A stretch of DNA of 62,576 nt, filler included, from Candidatus Nanoarchaeia archaeon (GCA_035290625.1; 6 parts of 6 records of this genome joined end to end with filler, not necessarily neighbours in it), one strand, 5' to 3'. Counted from the whole stretch's first letter, positions 1-9,048 are shown. Notes: a model not told the origin generated them from the letters alone. Made by a program: numbers and translations.

Positions 1-140
1 TGCCCTTTGTGAGCCTTCTATTCAAAGTACAGAACAGCGACAAAGGGGTTGCTCCATACGGGAAATGTCGCTTCCCATGAGAGTATGCACAAGGCGAAGT
101 CGGCATTGCCGAACGAAGTGAGCAACTTTTCAATGCGACC
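1..140 (+). repeat. Structured dispersed element, copy A (left end cut by window edge)
   Basis: Aligns by eye with the reverse complement of 8776-8940 (ttgtgagcc...cagcgacaa.ggggttg...aatgtcgct...gcgaa...gagcaacttttcaatgcgacc). Confidence 0.85.
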
Positions 141-192
141 GATTCTGCCGGCTTCTGGCATTCTCATCATTCAGGATGGGCACACCACGGAA

Positions 193-1605
193 CTACTGTA
201 CCCCTTCCTCTATCTCGGTCTCCTGGGAGACCTTCTCCGCAAGCCGGATCTCCTCGGTTACCCTTGTTTGCTTCCATGTGCCCTTAAGAAACCAAAAAAG
301 CCCAATGGTTGCAGAGATGACGTTGGCAATCGGAAACGCCCACCAGATCCCTGCCTCTGCCAAAGCGGTATGCCTTGAAAGGATATAGGCGAGCGGGAAC
401 TGGAACAGCCAGAGCGAGAGGAGCGATAGTATCATTGAGGATGTTGTGTTGCCGGACCCCTGGAATGCGCCGCTTACGATCTGTTGCAGGCCTATAAAAC
501 CGAAGGTTAAGGACATGATGCGGAGGAATGCTGATCCCTCTGCAACCACAAGAGGCTCCCCTGGAACAAAGGATGCAACAAGCTGAGGCGCAAAGGCAAA
601 TACGAGGCCGCCGACAATGGAGAGCACTATAAATCCAAGAAGGCCGCTTATCTTTGCTACCTCTTCGGCGCGGTTAATCTTTCCTGCCCCCATGTTCTGG
701 CCGACAAGTGTTGATGTAGCCATTGAGAATCCAAGCGCAGGGATAACAACAAAGCTGAGGATCCTCACTCCAATCCCATAAGAAGCCACAACAAGTGTCC
801 CGAAACTTGCCACCAGTACTGTCATGATTGCGAAGCCCAATGCCCGGGTCGACTGCTCGACTGAGGCAGGGAGCCCAAGCCGAAACATCTTCTTGATAAT
901 GCTCATATCAAGGGTAAGATTCTCCTTGCGCAGATGGATCCCATACCTTCCGCTCAATAAAAGCATAAGGCCTATGATGGTTGCAAGACTCTGTGTGCCG
1001 ATGGTTGCGAGAGCCGCACCCCCCACACCAAAAGCAGGAATAAATCCATACCCAAAGATGAATAGAGGATCAAGGATGAGGTTAAGCAGGACAGTGCCAA
1101 GGACGATGATAATGGGGGTTCTTACATCCCCGACTCCGCGCATCAGTGACTGGAACACAAAGAAACCAAACAGGAAAACGATTCCTAAAAAGGAGATCTT
1201 CAGGTAGGAAACAGCCATCGGCAGCACGTCGGGCTCTGTTCCCACCAATACCAGCAAAGGCCTTGCCATGAGATAGCCAACTATGCTTATGGCAAGAGAC
1301 ACCAGCAGCATTACGACAAAAGTCTGGCCTGCGATATGATCAATCGCTCTCTGATCTTTTTTTCCCTTGTAATGGCTGATAAGGACTGTACCGGAGATTG
1401 CGAGCCCGCCCCCCAAGGAAATGAGCAGAAAGAGGATAGGAAAACTCAGCGAGACTGCTGCCACTGCTTCTTTCCCCAGCCTTCCAACCCAGAATGTGTC
1501 GACCAGCTGGTAGGCTGTTTGGAGCAGATTCGCGAAAACGATTGGAACTGAAAGCGAAATAATCGATTTGACAATCGATCCTTCAGTCAGGTTAGGGGAA
1601 GCCAT
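193..1605 (-). CDS. MATE family efflux transporter
   Basis: 470 aa, ~12 hydrophobic segments; typical N-terminus LTEGSI..LSVPI...QTAYQLVDTFWVGRLG, RGVGD..TP and VGQNMGA motifs. Confidence 0.93.
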   Translation of the reverse strand: MASPNLTEGSIVKSIISLSVPIVFANLLQTAYQLVDTFWVGRLGKEAVAAVSLSFPILFLLISLGGGLAISGTVLISHYKGKKDQRAIDHIAGQTFVVMLLVSLAISIVGYLMARPLLVLVGTEPDVLPMAVSYLKISFLGIVFLFGFFVFQSLMRGVGDVRTPIIIVLGTVLLNLILDPLFIFGYGFIPAFGVGGAALATIGTQSLATIIGLMLLLSGRYGIHLRKENLTLDMSIIKKMFRLGLPASVEQSTRALGFAIMTVLVASFGTLVVASYGIGVRILSFVVIPALGFSMATSTLVGQNMGAGKINRAEEVAKISGLLGFIVLSIVGGLVFAFAPQLVASFVPGEPLVVAEGSAFLRIMSLTFGFIGLQQIVSGAFQGSGNTTSSMILSLLSLWLFQFPLAYILSRHTALAEAGIWWAFPIANVISATIGLFWFLKGTWKQTRVTEEIRLAEKVSQETEIEEGVQ

Positions 1606-1673
1606 TTGAGAGGGGCTTCTTCGGACTGTTTATAATCGTTATGAATTGGCAGAAAGACAGCCGCGCATTAAAG

Positions 1674-1878
1674 AGTTCAGTAGAAAGTGTGTGTTGCCGC
1701 CTTTTTTGCGAGGGTCAATCAAACGAGACATCAACAGCGGAGGGGGGACGTCCCTTACGGGCGAGGTGCCGCTCTTTGCTGAAAACATGAAGAGCCGAGC
1801 TGCTCCGAAGGAGCGACCAAAAATGCGAAGCATTTTTTAGCACGGCGGCAACAGCGAAGCGGAACTTTCTACTGAGCC
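1674..1878 (+). repeat. Structured dispersed element, copy B
   Basis: Terminal IR tcagtagaaagt/actttctactga, inner stem gttgccgcc/ggcggcaac; flanked by direct repeat cgcattaaagag (1664-1675, 1878-1889). Confidence 0.85.
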
Positions 1879-1893
1879 GCATTAAAGAGAATA

Positions 1894-1901
1894 TTTATAA
1901 A
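1894..1901 (+). promoter_or_regulatory. Archaeal TATA box (leaderless transcript)
   Basis: tttataaa ~23 nt before ATG 1924; the same geometry recurs at 4120 (ATG 4150) and 37393 (ATG 37423). Confidence 0.55.
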
Positions 1902-1923
1902 CATCATCTCCCTCAAGAGCTTT

Positions 1924-2520
1924 ATGCGTCACGGCATAGCACTATTCTGTATGCTTGGCATCCTGGCCATTGCAGGCTGCGCTGCTCCTGAAGACCTTTC
2001 TGGAAAGGCTCATGGCTCTGAGCAGGGAAGCCACGGAACTGATACCCTGGTCTGCAATGCCATCACAGCGAAATGCGGAGGCACAAGATCCTGGAGAAAT
2101 AATAATCCAGGGAATCTTCAGGCTTCTGTAAGCGCTGAATTCTTCTGCGGCGCCAGGATACGGACAGAAGCAACAACTGCGCGAGTCTCGCATGCGATCT
2201 TTGAAACTTACGAAGATGGATGGAATGCCCTGATCTGCGACCTCAACGCCAAGATATCCGGGATATCAACACCGCTCCGTACGAGATATGGCGAAGGATA
2301 TGAGCGTACAAGAACCTTGAGAGACCTGGTGAAGGTGTATATTGGAAGCTCATCAATAAGCAGGGTGAATGGCTACCTTGCTGCAGTCAGGCAGGCCACG
2401 GGATATGGGGCAAATACGATCATTGCTCAGCTTAATGCAACGAGGCTTGCTCCAGGAATCCAGCTTGCTGAGGGATGGATAGAAGGCCAACCACAGAGAG
2501 CACCTACTCCTTCCACTTGA
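1924..2520 (+). CDS. Putative lipoprotein with NNPGN motif (possible lysozyme-like / phage virion-protein domain)
   Basis: Signal peptide with lipobox LAIAGC; RNNNPGNL, F.TYE.G..AL, TL..L...Y and I...EG motifs. Confidence 0.6.
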   Translation: MRHGIALFCMLGILAIAGCAAPEDLSGKAHGSEQGSHGTDTLVCNAITAKCGGTRSWRNNNPGNLQASVSAEFFCGARIRTEATTARVSHAIFETYEDGWNALICDLNAKISGISTPLRTRYGEGYERTRTLRDLVKVYIGSSSISRVNGYLAAVRQATGYGANTIIAQLNATRLAPGIQLAEGWIEGQPQRAPTPST

Positions 2521-3040
2521 TCGAACAACCACCAGAAGGCTGAGGAGCAAAACCGACTTTTCCCTTGCTGAGAAGATTCTTCAATGCCTCTTCGAGTTCA
2601 TGCTTGGTTGCGCTGTAAGGAGCCTCTAAGTTGTCATCAATCCTTCCCCTATATACGAGTTTTCCGGCCTTAAATACGTAGAGGTCAGGAGTGCATTTTG
2701 CATGGAATGCTCTCGCAGCATCCTGGGGCTCATCATAGAGGTAGGGAAAAGCAAGCCTATTCTTTTTTGCAAATTCCTGCATTGCTTCAAAGCTGTCGTC
2801 AGGAAACAGTTCAGCGTCATTTGAGTTGATTGCAACAACATCAACATCCTTCCTGAATTTCTTTTCAATCTCAATCAGTTTCGGCCAGGCAGCTTTTGCA
2901 TACGGGCAATGGTTGCAGGTAAAGACTATCAGCTGCAGCTTTTTCTTCAGTTTTTTGGAATCAATTATTGATCCATCTGCAGCAGGCAGAGTAAACGCAG
3001 GCATTGAATCGTTAACATCTAACCCTCCTTTTGCCATCAT
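2504..3040 (-). CDS. Thioredoxin-family (AhpC/TSA-like) protein
   Basis: FTCNHCPY, AINSND, FPYLYDE, CTPD, YRGRIDD and C-terminal GCSIKW. Confidence 0.92.
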   Translation of the reverse strand: MMAKGGLDVNDSMPAFTLPAADGSIIDSKKLKKKLQLIVFTCNHCPYAKAAWPKLIEIEKKFRKDVDVVAINSNDAELFPDDSFEAMQEFAKKNRLAFPYLYDEPQDAARAFHAKCTPDLYVFKAGKLVYRGRIDDNLEAPYSATKHELEEALKNLLSKGKVGFAPQPSGGCSIKWKE

Positions 3041-3344
3041 GAATGCAATAAAAATCACCTCTTCTGCAGGATTCTTTCCTGCCCTTTTTATTCTTTGCGA
3101 TGGGATTTTGTCTTGCGTAAAATATAGAACTGATGAAAGGGAGGGAAAGCTAATAAAATTTAGGTTACTACGATGCTAGAACTCCAGTCGCAGTATGAAG
3201 TAAACTCCCGCCCTTAACTAAAGCGGAAGAACTTAGTAATCGTAGATAAGTTGTAAATTCTTCCTTATATATCAAACGAAAAAACATACGAAAATTTACT
3301 TCGTTTGCTATAAATGTAAAAAAGATAGGCTGGAATCTCAAACG

Positions 3345-4031
3345 TTACTTTGAAATCTCTGGCAGTTTTTCCAAAACGTACTGAGACCTCTCTTCAAAAT
3401 GTTTTGCAACATTTTCAAACGGATTCTTAACATTCTCCAAAACATATATCGTGGAACCCAAGATTGCAAAACCGCCAAATACCGCAGGTAATACTTTAAG
3501 CCCTAAGTCTTGGAAAGCATAATTGGCGCCACTATCAATTAGTTCTTGAAGTCCTGCAAGACCAGCAATTCCCAAACCTACCCCAATAGCAACGCTTGTT
3601 GCAATCGCTGCATTTCTTATTTTTCTTGCAATTCCGGGATTACTATAGATATTCCCGTTACACTGCCAAAGAATCCCTTGTTTAACTGCCCTAAGTGGGC
3701 GATCGTCGTGAGAACTGTAAGTTCTGGTGTTGCCAGACCAAATATCTTTCCCGAAAATTTCAGCAAGAGAATCCAGATTTGATATTTTCTCTTGACCCCA
3801 GTACTCTGAAAGTCTATGGTATTGAATTGTGCTTCCTCGTCTTACCTCTTTCTCAACTTCTCGTAGGTCTGAGGCAAGCGCCTTTGCTCTTTCTCGTAAA
3901 GACGGCAGTTCTTCTCTGAACTGTTCCAATGTTTGCTCTAAATATATTCTTCGTGCTCTTCGTGAATCCGAGCACCGTTTACAATGTTCTTTGTCTCTTT
4001 CTATATCTATGATAGCGTTGTAAAGTGTCAT
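3345..4031 (-). CDS. Hypothetical membrane protein (coiled coil plus two C-terminal TM helices)
   Basis: Long ORF; likely start MTLYNA at 4031; divergent from trmB. Confidence 0.7.
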   Translation of the reverse strand: MTLYNAIIDIERDKEHCKRCSDSRRARRIYLEQTLEQFREELPSLRERAKALASDLREVEKEVRRGSTIQYHRLSEYWGQEKISNLDSLAEIFGKDIWSGNTRTYSSHDDRPLRAVKQGILWQCNGNIYSNPGIARKIRNAAIATSVAIGVGLGIAGLAGLQELIDSGANYAFQDLGLKVLPAVFGGFAILGSTIYVLENVKNPFENVAKHFEERSQYVLEKLPEISK

Positions 4032-4087
4032 TTTTCTCACCTTCTGATTGTTATACCAAAGGGGTAACACAATACCTATATTAATAT

Positions 4088-4110
4088 TTGTTGTAATTTT
4101 GTGACAACAA
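4088..4110. promoter_or_regulatory. Inverted repeat between divergent TATA boxes, candidate TrmB operator
   Basis: ttgttgt-N9-acaacaa immediately upstream of gaaaggtttataaa. Confidence 0.45.
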
Positions 4111-4149
4111 TTAGAAAGGTTTATAAACAATCTCAATACCCCCTAAGGT

Positions 4150-4899
4150 ATGACTGATATAACTGCCACCTTACATAGATTAGGGCTTGAAGAACAGGAA
4201 GTTAAAACGTATCTTGCTCTTTTGGACTTGGGAGAGTCTCCTGCTGCGAAATTAGCCGAAAGAACGGGGTTAGGCAGGGTGCATATGTACCAGATTGTCA
4301 ATAGACTGATTGGAAGAGGCCTGGCTTCTTATATACTCAAAAACAACGTCAAATATTTCTCCGCATCAGATCCTGGAACTCTCCTTACAGATATCCAACA
4401 AAAAGCGCAGGATTTGAAAAAGATTCTTCCTGAACTTAAAGCGAGGCAAAAAAGATTAATTCCAGAAACAAAAGTTGAAATTTACCGCGGCAGAGAGGGA
4501 ATACATACAATTCTCAAGATGATTCTCAAAGATGAAAAGGCATATTTTATTCTTGGCGGAGCACAAGAGGCATGTTCTATCTTTGAATTAGAGAATACTG
4601 TCTTTGTTAAACATGCAGAAAAACTAAAATTGCCTGGAAAGATACTAGGAAGAAAAAAGGATGAATTCTTTATAGGAAAGAATGAAGAGTATCGGTTTAT
4701 TCCAGAGCATTTGATATCCTCAACGACGATGATGGTATGGCATGATAAAACTGCAATCTTTGTATGGTCAGAGCCGTACTATGCGATACTTATAGAGAAT
4801 GAGGGAATAACAAAAACGAATTTAGCTACATTTAGGTATTTATGGAGCATTGCAGAAAAGCCAGGGAAAGACGATAGAAAGAAGAGGCTCCTGACCTAA
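4150..4899 (+). CDS. TrmB-family transcriptional regulator
   Basis: LGL...EVKTYLALL.LG wHTH, L...GL, VEIYRG.EGI effector domain. Confidence 0.9.
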   Translation: MTDITATLHRLGLEEQEVKTYLALLDLGESPAAKLAERTGLGRVHMYQIVNRLIGRGLASYILKNNVKYFSASDPGTLLTDIQQKAQDLKKILPELKARQKRLIPETKVEIYRGREGIHTILKMILKDEKAYFILGGAQEACSIFELENTVFVKHAEKLKLPGKILGRKKDEFFIGKNEEYRFIPEHLISSTTMMVWHDKTAIFVWSEPYYAILIENEGITKTNLATFRYLWSIAEKPGKDDRKKRLLT

Positions 4900-5162
4900 T
4901 ACCCCTGAATCTTCACAACGCCTTTCTTGATCCTGCACTGGCACCCCAGCCTCATCTTCGCATCATCCCCAACCAAATCCATCTCTTTTTCATTTTTCTC
5001 AGAAAGGTTCTCCATGCCTTCTTCAATTTCCAGCATGCAGGTTCCGCAGATCCCGTCCTTGCAGCCGAATGGAACTCCTGCTTCCTCAAGAGCTTCCTTG
5101 ATCGGCCCTCCGTCCGCAACCTCTTTCTCCTGGTTGCTTGATAAAAAAACAAGTTTAGCCAT
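4896..5162 (-). CDS. 2Fe-2S ferredoxin
   Basis: C-x4-C-x2-C (CKDGICGTC) plus RLGCQC. Confidence 0.92.
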   Translation of the reverse strand: MAKLVFLSSNQEKEVADGGPIKEALEEAGVPFGCKDGICGTCMLEIEEGMENLSEKNEKEMDLVGDDAKMRLGCQCRIKKGVVKIQGY

Positions 5163-5206
5163 GGAAAATGGAGAATGCTGACGCTTTATAAAACTTTAGA
5201 TGCCAA

Positions 5207-5360
5207 ATGGCGTTCAAAATCTTGCGGGTTGCCGCCGGCTCGGCTCTGGCTGTTCACGGAAAGGAGCGGTTCCCTCCCGGATGGAGCCTCCCCTTCCGCT
5301 GCGCATCCTATGTTGATTGAGCCTCGCGGAATTGGCGGCAACCTTCATTTTGAACGCCAT
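5207..5360 (-). repeat. Structured dispersed element, copy C
   Basis: 14-bp terminal IR atggcgttcaaaat/attttgaacgccat; core homologous to copies B and G. Confidence 0.85.
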
Positions 5361-5381
5361 GCAAAGTAAGAGAGTAAGAAT

Positions 5382-5960
5382 TTAGAATCCAACCGAGCTT
5401 CCGCAGCCGCAGCTGTGGTGCACATTCGGGTTGTTGACCTTGAAGCCTGCTCCCTGCAAGCCATCAACCCAGTCGATCTCGCTTCCGTTCAGCTTCTCCA
5501 GATCATGCTTATCCACAAATACATTTACGCCTGCGGATTCGAAGGCAACATCATCCTTTCCGGCCTTTTCCTGGAACGCAATATCATACTGGTAGCCTGA
5601 ACAGCCTGCTTTCATAAGGCCAACCTTGATGCCCCAGCCTTCTTTCTTAAACTTCTTTGAAAGCTCCTTGACTTTTTCTGCTGCATGCTTCGTAATGCCA
5701 ACGGCATCATTGACGCTTTCTGTCCGCTGCACTTCATCATTCAATTCCTTCACGAGAGAATCAAGCTCCTCTTCGCTCATCCCATGGCCTAAGACTCCTT
5801 CTTCAATCGTCTCAAACACAGAAGCTCCGCAGCCGATGCAGTGCAGGCCTGCAGAAGTCATGATCTGGGCTAATTTTTGCGCCTTCCCTGGATACAACTG
5901 GAAGATCTCCTGAATAGTAAGGTCCCTTGTTATTTTTGCTTGATCGTGGAGCTGTTCCAT
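5382..5960 (-). CDS. DUF1858-like domain fused to HesB/IscA Fe-S assembly protein
   Basis: N-terminal GLHCIGC..S.FETIEEG...HG; C-terminal GCSG.QY and NPN...CGCG.S. Confidence 0.88.
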   Translation of the reverse strand: MEQLHDQAKITRDLTIQEIFQLYPGKAQKLAQIMTSAGLHCIGCGASVFETIEEGVLGHGMSEEELDSLVKELNDEVQRTESVNDAVGITKHAAEKVKELSKKFKKEGWGIKVGLMKAGCSGYQYDIAFQEKAGKDDVAFESAGVNVFVDKHDLEKLNGSEIDWVDGLQGAGFKVNNPNVHHSCGCGSSVGF

Positions 5961-6109
5961 AGATTAACGATAGTTAATAGGAGGTATTTAAAGGTTGCGG
6001 AAAACGCGCAGTTTAGTCTTCATATCTGCTGGACCTAAAGTTTCAGCGAAAGAGCCGTCTGACCAAATGCTTGGATTGCCTACATCTTTTCTATCAAGTG
6101 TTTTTTGGG

Positions 6110-6835
6110 TCATTTTAGCACCCCGTATCTTGCCCTTCCGTCAATTTTGACCAACCTCTGAAGCTCTTTGTTTGTTTCATCAAGGCCAAAATGGTCGAAG
6201 TCGAAATCCTCTCCAAGCCATTCGACAATTCTCTCTTTGTATTCCTTATTATTTTTATTCTTCTTGATTTTTTGCAGCTCATAATATCCTGGAACGCTTC
6301 CACAATCTTCAGGAGGACAAGCCCTCTCGCCACCTAAGCAAAAAGGGATAAATAGAGCATCAGCAGAATATAGAATCTTTTCAACAATGAGTGTATGTTC
6401 CCAATTATCGCCGAAATCGTATACGTAATTGAATCTTTGCTTCTCTGAATTAATCAAGGCACTTATCTTGGATTTTAGCTTGTAGGCGACAGTCTTTTTG
6501 TTTTTTTCTTGCTCTTTTAGGATCTTATTGATTTTATCAACGTCTAAGGATGCAAAGCCATTTTTCAGCTTTGTTTGCTCAAGCATCTTAATAAACTCAG
6601 GCGACTGATATAATTTTTTGAAGCTGGACTCAGCCAGATTATGCCCTTCTTCCTCTGCTGAAATGCAAACGTCATTTATCTGAAACTCGAACATATGATA
6701 GTCATCCCAGCCCATAACTATCTGAATAGTGTCGTGCAGTTCCTGAAAGGTGATATTTTCTTTTACTAAAAATCTTCTCCAGATTTTTGGCGTTATGCCT
6801 TCTAATGATATGTTTAGTTGGAGTATTTTTGTCAT
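6110..6835 (-). CDS. Plasmid pRiA4b ORF-3 family protein
   Basis: P.IWRR, LH..IQ..MGW...H..EF, Y.YDFGD.W.H, G.RACPPEDCG. Confidence 0.9.
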   Translation of the reverse strand: MTKILQLNISLEGITPKIWRRFLVKENITFQELHDTIQIVMGWDDYHMFEFQINDVCISAEEEGHNLAESSFKKLYQSPEFIKMLEQTKLKNGFASLDVDKINKILKEQEKNKKTVAYKLKSKISALINSEKQRFNYVYDFGDNWEHTLIVEKILYSADALFIPFCLGGERACPPEDCGSVPGYYELQKIKKNKNNKEYKERIVEWLGEDFDFDHFGLDETNKELQRLVKIDGRARYGVLK

Positions 6836-7446
6836 TGGCTTCCGCCTGCATCTGTTTTAAGTTTTGTTATTAGAATAATGCTTTCTTTCACTGTTCTTAT
6901 TTTATTGAGAATATCATCCGGAACGTATTTTTCTATCTTTTCTTTAGGATAGGTTATCCGCTCTGCCTTCTTGCAGTATAATTCCAGAAATTCTGAATGA
7001 AGCTCATTGACATTATTTTCTACCATCGCATCTTTTATAGTGGCTTTCAATACTTCCTCTCTTTTCTGCAATTCCACCAGCTCTCTTTTGATGTTGTAGT
7101 ACTCTTCTAATATATCTTTATCAACTATGCCTATATCTGTAGCGGGCTTGAAAGGCGCATTGTAGAACCTTTGAAAATCCAAAATAATTTCATCCTGATT
7201 CTTTACAGCTTCCTTTCCGTTTTCTGTCAAGGACACTACAATTATTGAAAAGCTTAGGCCAACATTCATCTCTTTCAAGTAGCCTTTCTCTATAAGCTGT
7301 GATAAGAGATCGTTTGCTTGCTGTATCGAAAATCCTCTAAATTCGTGCCAAACCATCTTGGACAAATTATCCTTGCCATAATTGATTTTCTGTCTATTAA
7401 TGAATTCCAGAATCTGCAATCCGGTCTTATTAGTGAACGTGCTCAT
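6832..7446 (-). CDS. Hypothetical protein with RQC-like winged helix and C-terminal coiled coil
   Basis: YGK..L, LI.KGYL, LTE.G resemble the RecQ RQC domain; ATGA-coupled at both ends. Confidence 0.55.
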   Translation of the reverse strand: MSTFTNKTGLQILEFINRQKINYGKDNLSKMVWHEFRGFSIQQANDLLSQLIEKGYLKEMNVGLSFSIIVVSLTENGKEAVKNQDEIILDFQRFYNAPFKPATDIGIVDKDILEEYYNIKRELVELQKREEVLKATIKDAMVENNVNELHSEFLELYCKKAERITYPKEKIEKYVPDDILNKIRTVKESIILITKLKTDAGGSQ

Positions 7447-7575
7447 TTCAGGCTTTCCTCGATAAGCTTCTTTTCTTCTTCAGTGATTCCGTACAGCTTA
7501 TAGACTTCTTCGTCTATTTCATGGTCCAGCTTTTGGATTTCTTTTTCTAATTGTGCTTTTGAGCCGGTTTGCTTG
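7443..7575 (-). pseudogene. Orphan C-terminal tail of a type IIG (Eco57I/TaqI-like) restriction-modification enzyme, copy 1
   Basis: KAQLEKEIQKLDHEIDEEVYKLYGITEEEKKLIEESLK with no catalytic domains. Confidence 0.7.
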
Positions 7576-8595
7576 CTATTCATCCTTAGTCTCAAGCAGA
7601 TTTTGCAGTTTTTTTTGCAGCTCTTCTTTGTCTGGAAGGTATAGCTGATATTTTGAAACAAATAGCTTATTGGATAGCCCTCCCAACGCGTACTGGATTT
7701 CTATATGCTCTTTTTCAGCGGCAAGAACAATTCCGATAGGAGGGTTGTCTCCTTCAGAGCATTCCTCGCTTTTGAAATAGTTGAGATAGGTATTCATCTG
7801 CCCGATATCCGCATGATTCACTTCGTTTATCTTCAAGTCTATCAAAACAAAGCATTTCAGGATTCTATGATAAAACACGAGGTCCACATAATAATGCCTG
7901 TTGCCTAAGGTAATCCTATATTGCCTGCCAACAAATGAAAATCCTTTTCCAAGTTCAAGCAGGAACATTTGCAGATTATCAATAATTCTCTGCTCAAGCT
8001 CTTTTTCAGAGTAGCGATAATCCTCGGGCAGTTTCAGAAATTCAAAAACATAAGGATCTTTTACTAAGTCTTTAGCGTCATCAATAATCTGCCCTTTTCT
8101 CGATAATTGGATTATCCCTTTCTTATCCTTGCTCAATGCTAAGCGCTTGAACAGAGCTGAATTTTTCTGTCTTTTTAGTTCTCTATTGCTCCATTTCTCA
8201 GTAATGCTCTGCTTCTCATAAAATGACCGCTCTAAATCATCTTCTATCTTTAAAAGCTCAAAATAATGGCTCCATGACAATTGGTGAGACAGCGTCTCAC
8301 TTTTTGGATATTTAAGATAAAACAGCCTCATATAAACAAGGTTGCTCTTGCTAAACCCTTTTCCATGCATTAACCTCAAGTCTTTGGAAAGGTTTTCCAG
8401 AAGCGCAGAGCCATACTCTGCCTTTTCCTTCCCATACTGCTCAAATTCAACAATCCTTTTTCCAATTTCCCAGTATGTTTTGACAAGGATTTCATTCACT
8501 GCATGATATGCGTGCGTTCTGCCTTGCTCCAAAAGATCGCCTATATCTGAGATTAAGGAAGGATATTTATCTTTTGGATTGGTTATCTTTTTCAT
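7576..8595 (-). CDS. DUF1016 / YhcG PD-(D/E)XK nuclease family protein
   Basis: YWEIG, LSWSHY, KDPYVFEFL, FLLELG.GF.FVGRQ, DLVFYH, DLK, GQM..Y. Confidence 0.95.
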   Translation of the reverse strand: MKKITNPKDKYPSLISDIGDLLEQGRTHAYHAVNEILVKTYWEIGKRIVEFEQYGKEKAEYGSALLENLSKDLRLMHGKGFSKSNLVYMRLFYLKYPKSETLSHQLSWSHYFELLKIEDDLERSFYEKQSITEKWSNRELKRQKNSALFKRLALSKDKKGIIQLSRKGQIIDDAKDLVKDPYVFEFLKLPEDYRYSEKELEQRIIDNLQMFLLELGKGFSFVGRQYRITLGNRHYYVDLVFYHRILKCFVLIDLKINEVNHADIGQMNTYLNYFKSEECSEGDNPPIGIVLAAEKEHIEIQYALGGLSNKLFVSKYQLYLPDKEELQKKLQNLLETKDE

Positions 8596-8729
8596 TTCAG
8601 GCTTTCCTCGATAAGCTTCTTTTCTTCTTCAGTAATGCCATATAAGGTATAGACTTCTTGGCCAATTTCGTTGTCTAGTCTTTTAATTTCTTCTTTCGCT
8701 TGTTCTTTTGTTGCTTGTCTTAGAACCAT
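8592..8729 (-). pseudogene. Orphan C-terminal tail of a type IIG R-M enzyme, copy 2
   Basis: KEEIKRLDNEIGQEVYTLYGITEEEKKLIEESLK; 8592-8633 is identical to 7443-7484 (42 bp). Confidence 0.7.
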
Positions 8730-8775
8730 CCGAATATAAAAGAGGCTATTTGATATATAAATGTTCTTCCGTTTC

Positions 8776-8940
8776 GGTCGCATTGAAAAGTTGCTCGCTT
8801 CGCTCGGCAGCGCCAAGTTCGCTATGCACAAGTCAGGCAGAGTAGCGACATTCCCCGGATGGGACAACCCCCTTGTCGCTGTGCCGCCGCTCCGTTATAA
8901 TGGCTCACAAGAGGGCGCTGCATGACTTTTCAATGCCACC
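8776..8940 (-). repeat. Structured dispersed element, copy D
   Basis: IR ggtcgcattgaaaagt/acttttcaatgccacc directly flanked by 8-bp direct repeat tccgtttc (8768-8775, 8941-8948). Confidence 0.88.
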
Positions 8941-9048
8941 TCCGTTTCATAAGGATTGAAGAAAGAATGTCGTTGCACTTTACTCTCTCAAATTGCCGAA
9001 TTCCGAGTCGGCTGCCCACTCCGGTAGGTTCGCCGGAGCCTCCCAGTT

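Noticed and set aside
49..378. Similar short ORFs at 49, 1639, 5175, 8867, 55253, 59208 and 61208 (e.g. SNFSMRP, GASPSAAH)
   Set aside because: Translations of the non-coding repeat family; frames and lengths are not conserved
5990..6105. Minus-strand peptide IWSDGSFAETLG resembling an IS200 TnpA C-terminus
   Set aside because: Too short, with no catalytic Tyr or HUH motif
7443..8729. Diversity-generating retroelement TR/VR pair
   Set aside because: Differences are not adenine-specific, many are synonymous, and no reverse transcriptase is present
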